Positions 26,570-38,844 of a stretch of DNA of 64,000 nt are shown here, piece after piece. How positions within the stretch are numbered: position 1 is the first letter of the stretch; every line of letters starts with the position of its first letter. Position numbers and translations under genes: made by a program. The notes below the pieces were generated by a model. The model was not told the DNA's origin, did no database searches, and worked only from the letters and a program-made list of their open reading frames with translations. Location: positions 67,024,001 through 67,088,000 of the forward strand of contig NW_024704742.1 of assembly GCF_018977255.1 (NCBI RefSeq), given 5' to 3'. The DNA is from Callorhinchus milii. Lineage: Eukaryota.

Positions 26570-27110
26570 ATGTTTATATAGGGCTTTTCACATTGGGAAG
26601 ACATCTGAACATGTTTCACTCAGCTGACTGGGAGCCTGATCTGGGGTTACGAGGGGGCTGAAGGAAGCCGAAAGCAGTTGAAGAGTTGGGTCTTCAGGCA
26701 TGTTTTAAAGGCAGCGAGGGAGGAGATGAAATGGGGGTAGCTCCAGAAAGCAAGTGCAGAATGGGTGAAAACTTGGCTGTTGATCTTGCAACAGATCAGA
26801 CAGGGAACAGGAAGCAGGCCAGGGTTTGCTGAGCAGAGAAAGTGTCTGGAATATGAGGGTCACAAAAGTAGGGTAGGCTGAGGCCATAGAGAGTATGGAT
26901 GAGGATCTTGGATTTAATCCACGCGTGGATGGGAAGCCAGTGGAACTGAGAGAGGAAGAGGATAATGTGCTGGCAAAGCCTGGTGCAGGAGAGAAATAGG
27001 CTGCAGAGTTTTGGATGGCATGAAGCTTATGTAGAAACAAACTAAGGAGACCAGGGAGAAGGCATTGGAATAGTTGAACCTGAATTTGATGACCAAATAG
27101 GCTTGCGAGG
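26570..27110 (-). mobile_element. L2-clade LINE 3' fragment
   Basis: Minus-strand ORFs contain QAYLVIKFRFNYSNAF and LHKLHAIQNSAA, followed by a degenerate tail. Confidence 0.75.
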
Positions 27111-27565
27111 CGCTCACTCCATTTCATTCAAACTGCTGTGTCTTGTTTGATCCCCGATTATCCTTCTGACCCTACATCTGGACTTTCACGCTTAGCTTTC
27201 TCTCAAATCTGTCTGGTTGACTTTTAGCTGTAGAAAGTTAGAGCTCAGCCAGAAGTATACATTTGCCAATGGGTAGGGTGGTACTAGCTGGACAAGCAAT
27301 GGGAAGTATGCTTGTCAAGTAGTTTCCAAAGCACACTCCAGGTTCCCCAAGCCTTGGCTCATGCCAACCTGTATCTAACACTCCAGAGTTAAAACAGCAG
27401 AATTAGGTAAGCAGTGTGCATCCCTCCAGGGAGAGAATGTGCATTCCATTCCAGACACAGGGAAATTCCCATGTAGGTGGCTTACATGGGTGGAGGATAA
27501 TCGTAGTTTAATTTGTAACTGACACCAGATTGGGGGGAACCATGAAATCAGACAAGGCAGCAAAA

Positions 27566-28390
27566 TTATTACAAAGAAAGGCTATGCAGATGGGTTGATG
27601 ACTGGTAAATGACGTTCAATGCAGATAAATACAAGATACAACATAAAGGGAATAAGAAACACAAGTACTCCATGGATGGGACCGAACTTGCTAAGGGGGA
27701 AGCTGAAAGAGGTATAGGGGGTTTTGTTGAAGCGTCACTCACCATTGAGTAAGCAAGTTGTGGGTTCAAATCCTAGCCTGACATTCCAATGCATTGCTTG
27801 GTGGGGGAGAGGGGGCTGCTTTGTTGGTGGTACCATCACATGGTTGAGATGCTAAAACTGAGGTGCTTGAGGTGGACATTGACAGAAGGGAGTTTATCTC
27901 AGTGTCTTGAGCAACAGTCACCCACATGAATTGGTCATTCACTTCATGGCTGTTTGTGGGGCTGCTGCGTTTACCTACATTGCACTTCACAGTAAAATTC
28001 TGTCTGTATTCCCTTGAGTTTAGAAGATTGAGTAATAAAGGGATTCAATACGGTATCTACAAAGAAACTACTTCCTCTGTTGGGGGAATCCAGAACAAGG
28101 GGCATCATCTTAAAATTAGAGGTTGGCCAATTGGCAGTGAAATCAAGAAGAACTTGTTCACACAAAGGGGAGTGAAAATCTGGAACTCTCTCCCCCAAAA
28201 GGCTGTGGATGCTGGATCCATTCAAAATTTTCAAGACTGTGGTGGATGGATATCTGTTAGGTCAAGGTATCAAGGGAAATGAGGCAAGGGTGGGTAATTG
28301 GTCTTGAGGTACAGATCAGCCATGATTTTATAGAATGGAGGAACAGGCTCGAGGGGCTGAATGGCCTACTCCTGTTTCTGTGCTCTATGA
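27566..28390 (+). mobile_element. Degenerate CR1 LINE pieces separated by an old SINE (about 27745-27995)
   Basis: 27566-27740 reads LCRWVDDW*MTFNADKYK. 28000-28282 reads CLYSLEFRRL...KGHHLKIRG...KKNLFTQRGVKIWNSLPQKAVDA. A CR1-type 3' UTR follows (gaggggctgaatggcctactcctg). Confidence 0.8.
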
Positions 28391-29229
28391 AGCATGCCTC
28401 TTGATGTGAAAGTCCGCATATCAAATGTTTTTTTTATTGCTTATTATTAACTGACCATGCTTCAAACAGGATCTTAGGCAGTGGGTCTGAGCAAACTTGG
28501 GCTGATTCTACTCCACCCTCCAGCCCTGCAGTATTGAGCATTTTTGCTCCCCAAATCGTGTAGTGGCTGGAACCAGCTGACTCGGCACCCACTGTAATCG
28601 AGCCCTTCTGGCTGTATAAATACATGCCCTTAATTTTAATAGTGAACAGAATTTAAGATTGCAGAAGCTGTGGAACAACAAATATTGATTTTAGATTCAC
28701 TTTGTGCTCAGTTCGTAAGAATAAGATATTATTTAGCCGTGAAATTTATTTGCCCACAGCATGGGTGTAGTGTATAGACGGATTTTTTCCAGTGTTTTTC
28801 AGAAAATGGCTTGGAATTAGAAAAGCAAGCTTAGATAATGGTTTCCAAACTCTCGTTTACAGTACATTTCTCTCTCTCTCTCTCTTAACTCAAATGACAA
28901 GAGTGAAACTAACCAGATGGCAAAATTAGAGGCACTCAGAACTTTGGCAGAACAATGGTTAGTAAATAGTGGAGCTGTAACTGTTGTGAGGTTGTCAATG
29001 GTGTCTGCAATCTGTCAGAAAATTAATTCAAGAAAACCATCTATGCATTGTATGAGATGGACCTCTTCTTCTCCCTTCCAATAGTTGATCATTTATTTTT
29101 GAAGGATGTTTACATTGGTCCAATTTTTTAATTTTTTTTAGCAAATTTATGAAATTCTTTCCCCACTCCTCTCTCTTTTATCCTCTTCTCTCCTAAAGGC
29201 TGCAACTCCCTTTTTATGTTGTTTTATGT

Positions 29230-29760
29230 TTTGCTTTTAATCTTTCGTCACTTCCCTTGCCGTTTGTGATTTTATGCGGCTTTTGTGCAGTTAAACATGC
29301 GGCTGCAGGTTGGTACAGGGCAGAGTACGCTCGCAATTGTTTGTGTCTAATTACTTCTTGATGGCATTCTGAATTATGATCACACAAATAAATAAAATTT
29401 ATGTGCAATTCAAGCATTTGCAGCTGCTCCATAAATTAGTGCATGAAAGTTTCTAATAACCACTTTAATTCACATCTACATTTGGCAGAATTGCGTCTTG
29501 CAGTGCATAACATCTGTGTATGTTTATTATTAATAGACCTTTAACTTTGTTTATTGTGCCTGCAGATAATTGCTGCCAAAGCTTTTAAACCGGTTTTAAT
29601 TATCTTTAAAGAATGATTTTACATGCAAAATATTCAGGCTGTTCGGCGTTTGAAGCCTCCTCTTGATGTTTCTCAGTTAATGGATTGGAGTTTGACGCAT
29701 AACAATTGCTTGTTTTTGCATTGCCTTTTTATTCAGTAATCTGCAATTCTAAACAGGACT
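29230..29760. promoter_or_regulatory. Putative conserved non-coding element or enhancer
   Basis: Repeat-free, high-complexity AT-rich block with dense TAAT/ATTA, TTTATG/CATAAA and ACAAT/ATTGT motifs and retained CpGs. Conservation cannot be seen from one sequence. Confidence 0.4.
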
Positions 29761-30871
29761 ATTTTAATACTTTTTGCAGTGTCTTATTCGATATAATCAT
29801 TAGTCTAAGCATAACCAAGTGGAGATGGAAAATTGTATTTTATAACTTATAAACAAGCTGTAGAAAATGCACAGACAAAACTATGCTGCATTTATACAGT
29901 AGAATAATGATCATAATAAACCTTGCATTTAATGTAGCACCTTATCACATCATCATCAACGTCTCAAAGGGTTTTGCAGGGTTTATTAATTTTGTAGGCC
30001 TTCCTTCCTTCTGTGACTTTCTTGAACTCCTACCGACCCAGCCATTTCTTCACTCACCCTTTGCTCAGCTAGTCATCAATTAAAATGATGCTTTTTTAAT
30101 GTCTGCAATAGTAGGAAGATGCATCTCACAAATGTTCTGCACCCTGTCATCTTCACAACAGCCAACGCAATAAAGTGTTGATTTGGCTTTGGCAATGAGG
30201 TGGTCTGAACAGGCTCTGTTCAGGATAATCCAGCTCCCATTTGCTGATCTGATTTCAATATTGGGTGGTCTTTGCCCAGTGCTGGGAATGTTGCCAGCAG
30301 GTACTGGTCCCCTCCACCTAATCTTGCTAGTTCCCTTAACCAAAGAGTTGTTGGGAAGGGACCAGTACTCCACTGCTTAACCAAACTCTTAACATGCCCA
30401 AACCTCACCCATTCTCCCTGCTCCTTCTGCAAAAACCTGAATCCAACTAGTACATGTGTCTACCAAATGTGCAGACCTTTCATGAAATCATTGATATGGT
30501 CTGCCTGCAATTACCATGTAAACTGTGTTACCCATAAACTGTAATATACACCTCAATAATGAGCTTTGAGTGGCATTTTGACATCCTGTGAAGCACTTTG
30601 AGATGTTGCAGTTCCAAATCCTTGACTGTCCAGTGCCTTGGGACGTTCTCCCAATGTGAAAGGCGTTATACAAATATAATTTGTTGTTGTTGCTGTCTCG
30701 ATTATGTAATAAGGTGCTATATCAAACAGAAGGTTTTTAATACTTATTTTAAATTGATTAGTTACAGTGATGGATTTCAACAGTTTGCTGTCTTGTTTCT
30801 GAGTAATTCCGCTATGTAACCAGGCCCACTCTAGGAGCCATGAGTCTGGCACCAATTTGGTATTGAAGAGA

Positions 30872-30951
30872 TTTTCATATGGTCAATATCATCAACTAGG
30901 CTGAGGCCTAAATTGGCCTCAGCCTAGTTGACGATATTTACCATATCAAAA
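30872..30951. repeat. Near-perfect inverted repeat (37-bp arms, 6-nt loop)
   Basis: ttttcatatggtcaatatcatcaactaggctgaggcc-taaatt-ggcctcagcctagttgacgatatttaccatatcaaaa, with 3 mismatches in 37. Confidence 0.92.
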
Positions 30952-31744
30952 AAGACTTCTGGCTTAGTCTGTGGAACTCTCCGCCACTGATGTGTGGGGT
31001 TGAGTGGCCATAACCAGCGCCAATAGAAAATTGCGGAAATATTTAACGAAAATTGCGGGGGAAATTGACCGATCTTTGGAAAATTGCAGAGGGTTGATTG
31101 GTGCTGTTAAGAGGTACGTTTTACTGCCCAGCTACATTCCTTCACTTTATTGATAAAAACAAAACTTATATGAAGAAATAACACATTGTTGCAAAAAAAA
31201 TATTATGAATGCTTTCTTCAACAAAAACTGGGTGGCCCACTTGGGGGTGGGGTGGGTGAAGATCTCTGCGCAGGCCCGAGAGAGACACGTACGCACTCAC
31301 AGAGGCACACTCAGACACACGCACACAGATACAGACAGAGCAGAGAATCACACACACTCACGTAAAAACGAGACAGAGACACACAGGAAATCTCAATAGA
31401 GGGGCCTTGGGGGGTGTGAAGCCCATTTCCCCCTCGCGGGGCACTGTGCATACACACCTGGAGCCGCTCCGCCCGCAGTAGCATCGAGTAAACAGCTGGC
31501 AGCAGCAGGGCAAGAGGCCCAGGGCCGAAGAAACTTAATGTTTTAATGGTTTATAGCGGAGAGTGCTGTTCATGGCGGATTCTGCACTTTTCTAATGGAG
31601 GCAGAGCCAGTGTCTTGCACTTGAAGTACCTGTTGCACTATATTTTTGTGCTGCAATAAACCTTACCAAAGCAGCGACTTGCAGCCAGTGCATTAAATTG
31701 TAGATCAACTTTCTAAAGCATTCAGGCCAATTCCAGGGACATAT

Positions 31745-32050
31745 GGAGTCCTGTAGCTCAGTGGTTAGAGCACTCACTTTGCAAGTGAGAGACCTGAGTT
31801 CAATTCCAGGCAACGTGAAACCTTGGGCAAGTTTCCTTACTCCACACGCCTAATAATAATACCTACAAAAAACAATAATAAATTGGTCACTTTCAATCTA
31901 CGACTGTTTGTGGGACATTGCTGTGCGCAATTGGCTGCCGCGTTCGCCCACAACGTGTGTGTGAAGCCCACAGTGTGTTCTGTGAAGCGCTTTGGGACGT
32001 CCTCCCGATGTGAAAAGCGCTATATCAAATGCAAGGATTATTATTATTAT
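31745..32050 (+). mobile_element. Full-length young tRNA-derived Deu SINE (same subfamily as 47465-47782)
   Basis: Starts ggagtcctgtagctcagtggttagagcac, contains the Deu core, and ends gcgctttgggacgtcctcccgatgtgaaaagcgctatatcaaatgcaagg(att)n. Confidence 0.92.
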
Positions 32051-32494
32051 ATTACAGTGGTTGCTAATGGGAAACGGTAGATGTGCCTTCAGGGCCTCTG
32101 ATATTTGTAAGTTTGGTCTATAGCACACAAAAAAACAAAAACATTCTGAAAGCAAATTGTAAGATTAATTTCCAACCTGTCATTCTTGCATGTAACTGAC
32201 ACAAATGTTTATTCCCCTTTAAGTCTCAAATTTGCTGGTACGTTTAAATGTGTGTTAGAAAATGCGCGCAATCAATACACTGCTTGATTCCAGTGACCCA
32301 ATTAAAGCATCAGGTTCCCCTGCATTCTTGGCTCGTGTTCAAAGTTTTAATATTTAAACATTTCAAGGTTTGAAACTTGACAATTAAATGTTACCTTTCC
32401 AATATACAGTAACAATTTACAGAGAGCTGACCTCTTCCTGTGTGTTCTGCTCTCACTCCACATGTTTTTTTAGGTAGGGAGGTACCAGGGCATG

Positions 32495-32850
32495 AAAATC
32501 CCTTAATGCCCTGGCTCCTCCCAATCTCTCCACTCTGCTTACTCCCCAAATCACTACCTGCTGCTTTCGCTTGACTGGCTTTGGCCTCCTGCATGTTCCT
32601 CATGCCCTCTGTTTCACCATCGGTGACCGTGCTTTCAGCTACTACCCCCTGAACGTCTGGAACACTCTTCTCCTATTCCTCCGCCTTGCCCTCTCCTTCC
32701 CCATCTTCAGATCGTGCCTGAAGACCTTCCTATTCGACCGTGCCTACGGTCACTTCCCCCTTCCCCCAGCTCAGCCTCGGGCTCTGTCACTGTCAAGCGC
32801 TCTGGGACGCTACCCTGCACGAGGGGCTCTATATAAATGCAAGTTTTTAT
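32495..32850 (+). mobile_element. L2-clade LINE 3' fragment
   Basis: ORF 32571-32855 reads GLLHVP...TIGDRAFSYYPLNVWNTL...FRSCLKTFLFDRAYG. The tail is aagcgctctgggacgctaccctgcacgaggggctctatataaatgcaag. Confidence 0.87.
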
Positions 32851-34329
32851 TTTAGAAACTGATACTTGACTTCACTCTGCGCCTGACCCCGCACTCCACC
32901 AGTGCTGGTAAATAACCAGGCATGGAAATAGGGATGAAGAATAAAGGTTGGCAGAATAATAACATATTATAATAATAAAACAATTTGAAGTAAATTGCTG
33001 CAAGAAGCAATTTCATGTGAAACGATTTAAGTTGAATCTTTTAAGGAGATGCAACAATGTCCCATTTCAAGATAATAATCCTTGCTTTATTTCAATCCTT
33101 ACATTGTAATCCTTGCAAGATTTTACATCAATATGTGTATTATATAAAACGGATCATTTATTATTATTAAGGTGAATCCTGTAACATTTTAACTCATTGA
33201 ATAAATGGCATCAGTTTTTTGTTAATTTACGAAAGCTACAGAAAATATTTGGGGGGTTTTCGTTCATATAGGGTCAAAAACGTGTATTTTGGAAACTGCA
33301 AATTGCACTCAAGTTAAGCAGGTTTTAATAACACTGCACAAGTGGGATTACTGTTAATGTGATACTTACCACAGCAACTGTTCGTATTTCCACAACAGAA
33401 GATGTATCTGTTGAAACAAAACTCCCATTCACATCATTGGATTTAAAGAGATATGAAAGTCTTAAATATAACCTACTGTTAAACTTGGGGGACTTGGCTA
33501 GAACATGCATTACACTTATGTTATGGAATTCAATTATTTTAAATCCCAGAATTATTTGCCGATTAAAATGGATGTGATTGTTTTCAACTAGTGTGGATTA
33601 TGTGTTGTTAATTTAAAAATTCTGATTTTTAATAAATATATGTATTAAAGCTTTGAAAACAAGCCGAGGATGCAATGGACACTGGGGCTTAAATTGTGTC
33701 ACTGTAACCGTGTAGCATATTTATTGTGTACATAGTCAAACACATGTTTAACAGCCAAGCACATTTCAGACTGAAGTGAGAATAAACGTTAGTCACTTGT
33801 AACAGGCAAGAAACTTGCAACTTGCTTTGACTACAAATACACAGTCACTGCACTTCACAGTAAATCCCATGAAGTACTTCGAGATGTTTTGATGTGATAA
33901 GGTGCTATATCAAAGGCAAAGATTATTATAATTATGACTGCAATATATCTGAGATAATTTGGTGTGCCAAAGTTCAATATTAACAGGATTGTCTATCTTT
34001 GAATTTTATATATTTAACATTTTTTGATAGGCATTATAAACACTTATTTTACATTTTGGCAGAATTTTTAGCAATCTTTTCAGCTCCAAAAATCGACGAC
34101 TTTCGGGTCATAAAGTTGTCACAGACCTCACTTCCTGCACACTCAGTGGTGACCTTATGACGTGCAAAGGGGCAATTTTTGTAGTTTAAGACAGTAAAGA
34201 TATGGAGGGGAAAAAACACAGTGTTTAACATTGACAATTCATTTTTCTCCATTTAGAGAAAGAGAAAACTTGACAAATTCTGATCGTTCAAACAAATGGG
34301 AAATAGCAGTCTAAACATAAAACTGCCAG

Positions 34330-34555
34330 CTGGATCTCTTGTGTACTATGTGTAAACACTTCTGTATTGTGCAACATGTGTAAACGCATGTGCAAAGTGA
34401 ATTGCAGATGCTTGTGATTCTGTAATTAATAGCCAATACAAAAGAATTGGTTAATTGTATCGTAATTCCCATTTAGTGGTTAATTGTACAATTAAGGGGT
34501 CCTGCAATTTCCTCTTATGCACATGCCTTTACACATAGTGGATAAGAGATTCCAG
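34330..34555. repeat. Long imperfect palindromic element
   Basis: ctggatctcttgtgtactatgtgtaaa and gtgtaaacgcatgtgcaaagtgaattgcag on the left are complementary to ctgcaatttcctcttatgcacatgcctttacacatagtggataagagattccag on the right. An internal perfect palindrome ttaattgtacaattaa lies at 34480-34495. Confidence 0.78.
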
Positions 34556-34616
34556 TAAGATAACTTCCATAAGATGGGCTTTTCATTTTATGTCCATAGT
34601 TTAAAAGCAATGAATC

Positions 34617-34780
34617 ATAATAACCCTCGCATTTGATATAGTGCCTTTTCACGTCTTCGAAATGTCTCAAAGCGCTTCACAGAATATTCTGCAAAATGAA
34701 TTGACTGTATTTTGTGGGGGAAAAGCTGTAGCCAATTGCGCACAGCAGTGTCCCACAAACAGTTGGGGATTGAGTGACCG
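34617..34780 (-). mobile_element. Deu SINE 3' half
   Basis: Tail and Deu core (gccaattgcgcacagcagtgtcccacaaacag). Confidence 0.83.
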
Positions 34781-36559
34781 CAAACCTTCTTCCTGTTCCT
34801 TTCTAATCCTCCCCCTCCCATTCCAAAAATAAATCGAGAACAATTCTGGAATTCCTATCTAATCTTACTTTTGCATTTTCTTCTCTCAATCGTTTGGTTC
34901 CACATCAATGACCTAACCACTGTATCTGGGGACATTTGCTGACAATGCAAGAATAGGGGAAGTTGTAGAGGAAGCAGCAAAAGACTTGCAAAAGGATTTG
35001 GAATTGGTTACTCAACAGGAATTTAGTTGAAGGGCAAACTAAATTTGGCACTATTAGTTGTAACATCCAAGTATTAGTCTGAGTTAGTAGCACTTTTGTA
35101 TCTGGATCAGAACTTTTGCATTCAAGCTCCATTTCAGGACTTAAGCTCATATAAATCAAGTTGTTGTTGTTGCTGCAGGTAGTCAAAGGGAGTGTTGCAT
35201 TGTCTAAGGTGCTGCCTCTTTGACATTAAACCGTTCTCGGCAATGAACTGTAAACATCCATAAAGTGAATGAACAATTTTATCTGGGGGATTGTTGACCA
35301 GGACACTGGAAGTAACTAGTTTCTCTCTTCAAATAGTGCTATGGGATCTTTTAACGTCTACCTGAGCAGGCAGATGGGACACAGTAATGTATTTTAAGCG
35401 TAGTGACTTTCCATTTGTAAGTGAATGTGGCTGAGAGTTTTGTCCACAACAATGTAACACAAACAGACTGGAGATGAATGACTAATTTGACTCTAGTATT
35501 CGTTGGCCAGGACACCAGGAGAAACTCCTTTTATTTGTCTAATAGTGTCATGGCCTTTTTTGTGCTTACCTGAACATGGTCATTTTGTCAGTGATGCCTG
35601 GTTTCCCTGTCTGATAATAACTCCGCTCGGCTAACACAGGCCTGCTGTATACCCCCTTCCCCATCTACGCCACCATCAGTAGCTGAGCCATCAGTCATTA
35701 TGCATCCAAACTCCCTGCCTCTATCTCTCTGCAGCTCACTGTATGCTTATTCAGAACATGTGCCAATTTTACCCAGCCCAGAAAATGTATTTCATTGAAA
35801 TCATAGAAACTTTCAGCACAGAAGCCAGCCTTTCGGACCATCCAGTCTGCACTGGCTCTCAGAGCAAGCTGTTCATTCAATCCCAATTCCCTGCCCTTTA
35901 TTCCTATAACCTTTTCAACCCTCTATCTTTCATATATAAATATTGTAAAATTCCTTCTGTGTCAGTAGCTTAGTCCATTCCACACTTCCCTATGTTTATC
36001 AAGATAAACGCTTTCAGGCCACGGAATCTGTTCCTTTTTTTATATAAGAAGACTACTTCTTTAGTCTCCTTGAGAAGGTGAATAACAATTTCCAGAAAGA
36101 TAGAGGCTCTGAAATATTCCACAGACATCCAAAGCAGATTTTCTAATACTCCAGCAGAGCAGCCCAACATTACTATTTGCATCACTTTGTTCTGTCCAGG
36201 TGTTTTACATAGATTAAATGTATATAAATCATACATGATTTACATGCATTTAATGGTGATGTACATTATCAAAAGATCTGGAATGGTGAAGAGTGTATTC
36301 ATTCAAATGATTTGATAATCCCTGCCTGTACTTTATTTTTGTAACCTTCAATATAATTTGAAGCCAGATATTCATTCATCTGTTTTTAAGTTAATGTTCT
36401 GCACATTGACTGCACGATTCAAAAGAATGTTTTCTCTTTTGTTGCCTCCTCCTGACACTTTGATGATGACTAAATGTGCCGAATAACCTGCCTCTGTGGA
36501 TGCCGTACTGCTGTCTTTTGGTGCTGCTTAATATTCTGGGTCATGCTTCTCCTGAATTC

Positions 36560-36930
36560 TCAACACCAACTTACATTTACATAGTGCCCCTCACGCAGGA
36601 TAGCGATGCAGAACGCTTGAGCCAGTGGGAGATGACTGTTGGTATGGTCAAAGAGGAAGGACTTCAGGGGTGACCTGAAGATGGGAAGGAAGGGGCAAGG
36701 TGGAGATATAGAAGAAGAGTGTTCTAGAATTTCGGGGCCTAGTGACTGAAAGTGTGGCCACCAATGGTGGAACAGTGGCCACGAGGGTCATGCAGAAGGC
36801 CAGTTGAGCAGAGGCAGTGGGTTGGGAGGTAAGCAGGTGGTGGGTTTGGATGGTGGAGCTGGGGAGACCGGCAAAGAGAGCATTTGAAAAGTCGAGTCAG
36901 GAGGTAATGAACGCATGGACGAGTGTTTCA
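36560..36930 (-). mobile_element. L2 3' fragment
   Basis: Colinear with 6200-6570, plus gagagcatttgaaaagtcgagtcaggaggtaatgaacgcatggac (minus strand VHAFITS*LDFSNAL). Confidence 0.72.
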
Positions 36931-38254
36931 GCTGCACCAAATGCCATTGCAACTATTGCCAATAGCATTTATCTGCCAATCTTTAGCCCATTGGCATAAT
37001 TTGTAGGAAGCTTTCCACAATCAAATTAATTCCATTTATTTTGATGGCGAATTTGGATTCTGGAGGAATATTAACTGGAAATTTCAAAAATAGAAGTAGG
37101 GAGAAAAGAAGAGAACAAAGAAGAAACGAGGAAACAAGTGAGGAATGAAAGACAGAGTTTGGGTTTGGAGTGGGGTCCAGCATTATGTACAGGTGACAGA
37201 GCCGGGAACAGGAGATAGAGCAGCCTGGTGTTCTGATCCATCTGTTCCTCCCAGTGGTGCAAACGCACCCAGCTCTGCTCCATGTGTTTTGGCTGGTCTC
37301 TATTAAAGAGAATGGATCTGCTCAAACATGCAGACTGTCCTTCCTCATAACTAAAGCAACGAGATCACAAAAGGTGAATAGTTCGGAGACTTGGAACATA
37401 TTGTACTGTACAATGTACCTTGCATACATCATGAAGGCCTATTTTAAGTCGAGTGTCATTTTTAAAAAAAACTTCAAATCTTTGCCTAATCCAGGGATGT
37501 CTTATTCCAGCAGTTTGCAGGCAGTACACAACTACTAAAAAGTTGCAATGTTACTAGTTCATTATAGTTATTCACCAGCGTAAAGTATTTAAGACGTAAA
37601 AAGCGCTATATCAGATGCAAGGATTATTATTATTATGCTTGAAGGCTTAGTTGAGGAAGGACAGAGGAGACTCATGTGGAGCATAAACACTGGCATAGAC
37701 CAGTTGGGCCGAATGGTTTGATTCTAATGTATTTATTTACCATTGTAATAAACCTCTGTTATAATTTACAAACTGGTATTATTGACCAATTCAGAGTAAT
37801 CCAGTGGAATGTTACAGCCCAGAAGCTGACCATAAAATCTGCACTGGCATCTTTCTGCAACTGGGTATATCTAATTGCCACTAGTCCAAGTTGCTTACTC
37901 TCTACATTGGCCCAGAATTCCACCTAAGCTTAGCCTGGTAAAACCGCTGTATGTCTTAAAATATAATGCAAAGCAGATCTGGGGAAACTAAACCTTAATT
38001 TTAAGAATTTTCCATGTTTCTGTGCAGTCTTAAATTTTAAGACAAAATGGTCTTGTAGGCAAGATTTTTGAATTTTGGGCCTCAAATACTTAATTCCACA
38101 TGCTTGTTCCCCATATAATTTTTCTGAAGCATTGAATGAATTCTAAATTCACCCAATATCATCCCTGTATATTGTTTTCTTTTTCAAACACTTATATACA
38201 GTATTTTTAAATTCTTTACCTTTTGATCTGTGAAAGTATATCTGGACTCTGCTT

Positions 38255-38590
38255 CAACAACAGCAATTTACATTTATATTGTTATTTATATTGTCCTCAA
38301 GTCAAGAGGACATCCTGAATGGCCTGAAAGTGCTTGACAATGTTGGAAAGGGCAACTGAGCGAGGGATGAGAGCCAAGGGGGTGGGAAGAGGAAAACAAC
38401 GTCAAAGAGGTATGTTTTGATATGTATCTTGACCAATAGTTGGGAGGGAGCGAGTCGGAGAGAATGTGGATGGATTTCCTGAGAGTGGGAACAGAATGAC
38501 TGAAAGCTCTCTTGTGAATGGTGGGACAGATAGGGAGGAGGACATGAAGTATAGGCCAGTACTTGCTGAGTGAAGGCAGCAGTCATGCAG
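38255..38590 (-). mobile_element. L2 3' fragment
   Basis: ORF 38302-38610 contains VKIHIKTYLFDV, followed by a degenerate tail. Confidence 0.62.
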
Positions 38591-38844
38591 GCCAATGTGC
38601 AATTTAACACCTAGTCTTTTTATAACAAAGTGGCGAAGTTGGCATTAAAAGACTCCTCTGAGTTTCGATCTTTTCCATGTTCTTTGCAAACATGAATGAG
38701 ATTTCTAGAGATAATTGGGACCGAATTTGAAAATTTCTCCATACACTTCATTTACTAAAAATGAATTGAACATAGCTCCCTTTTCCTGATTTTGCCTTTC
38801 TCTCATAACTTTTGTTTAAACCCAATTTGTACCTCAATGGTCTG

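Noticed and set aside
30301..30320. miR-133-like sequence (ctggtcccctccacc)
   Set aside because: Only a partial resemblance, on the wrong arm of the hairpin, and the characteristic miR-133 5' arm is absent.
31745..31812. tRNA-Ala(TGC) gene
   Set aside because: It has A/B boxes and an anticodon arm, but no proper acceptor stem or terminator. It runs directly into the SINE body and recurs in many SINE copies.
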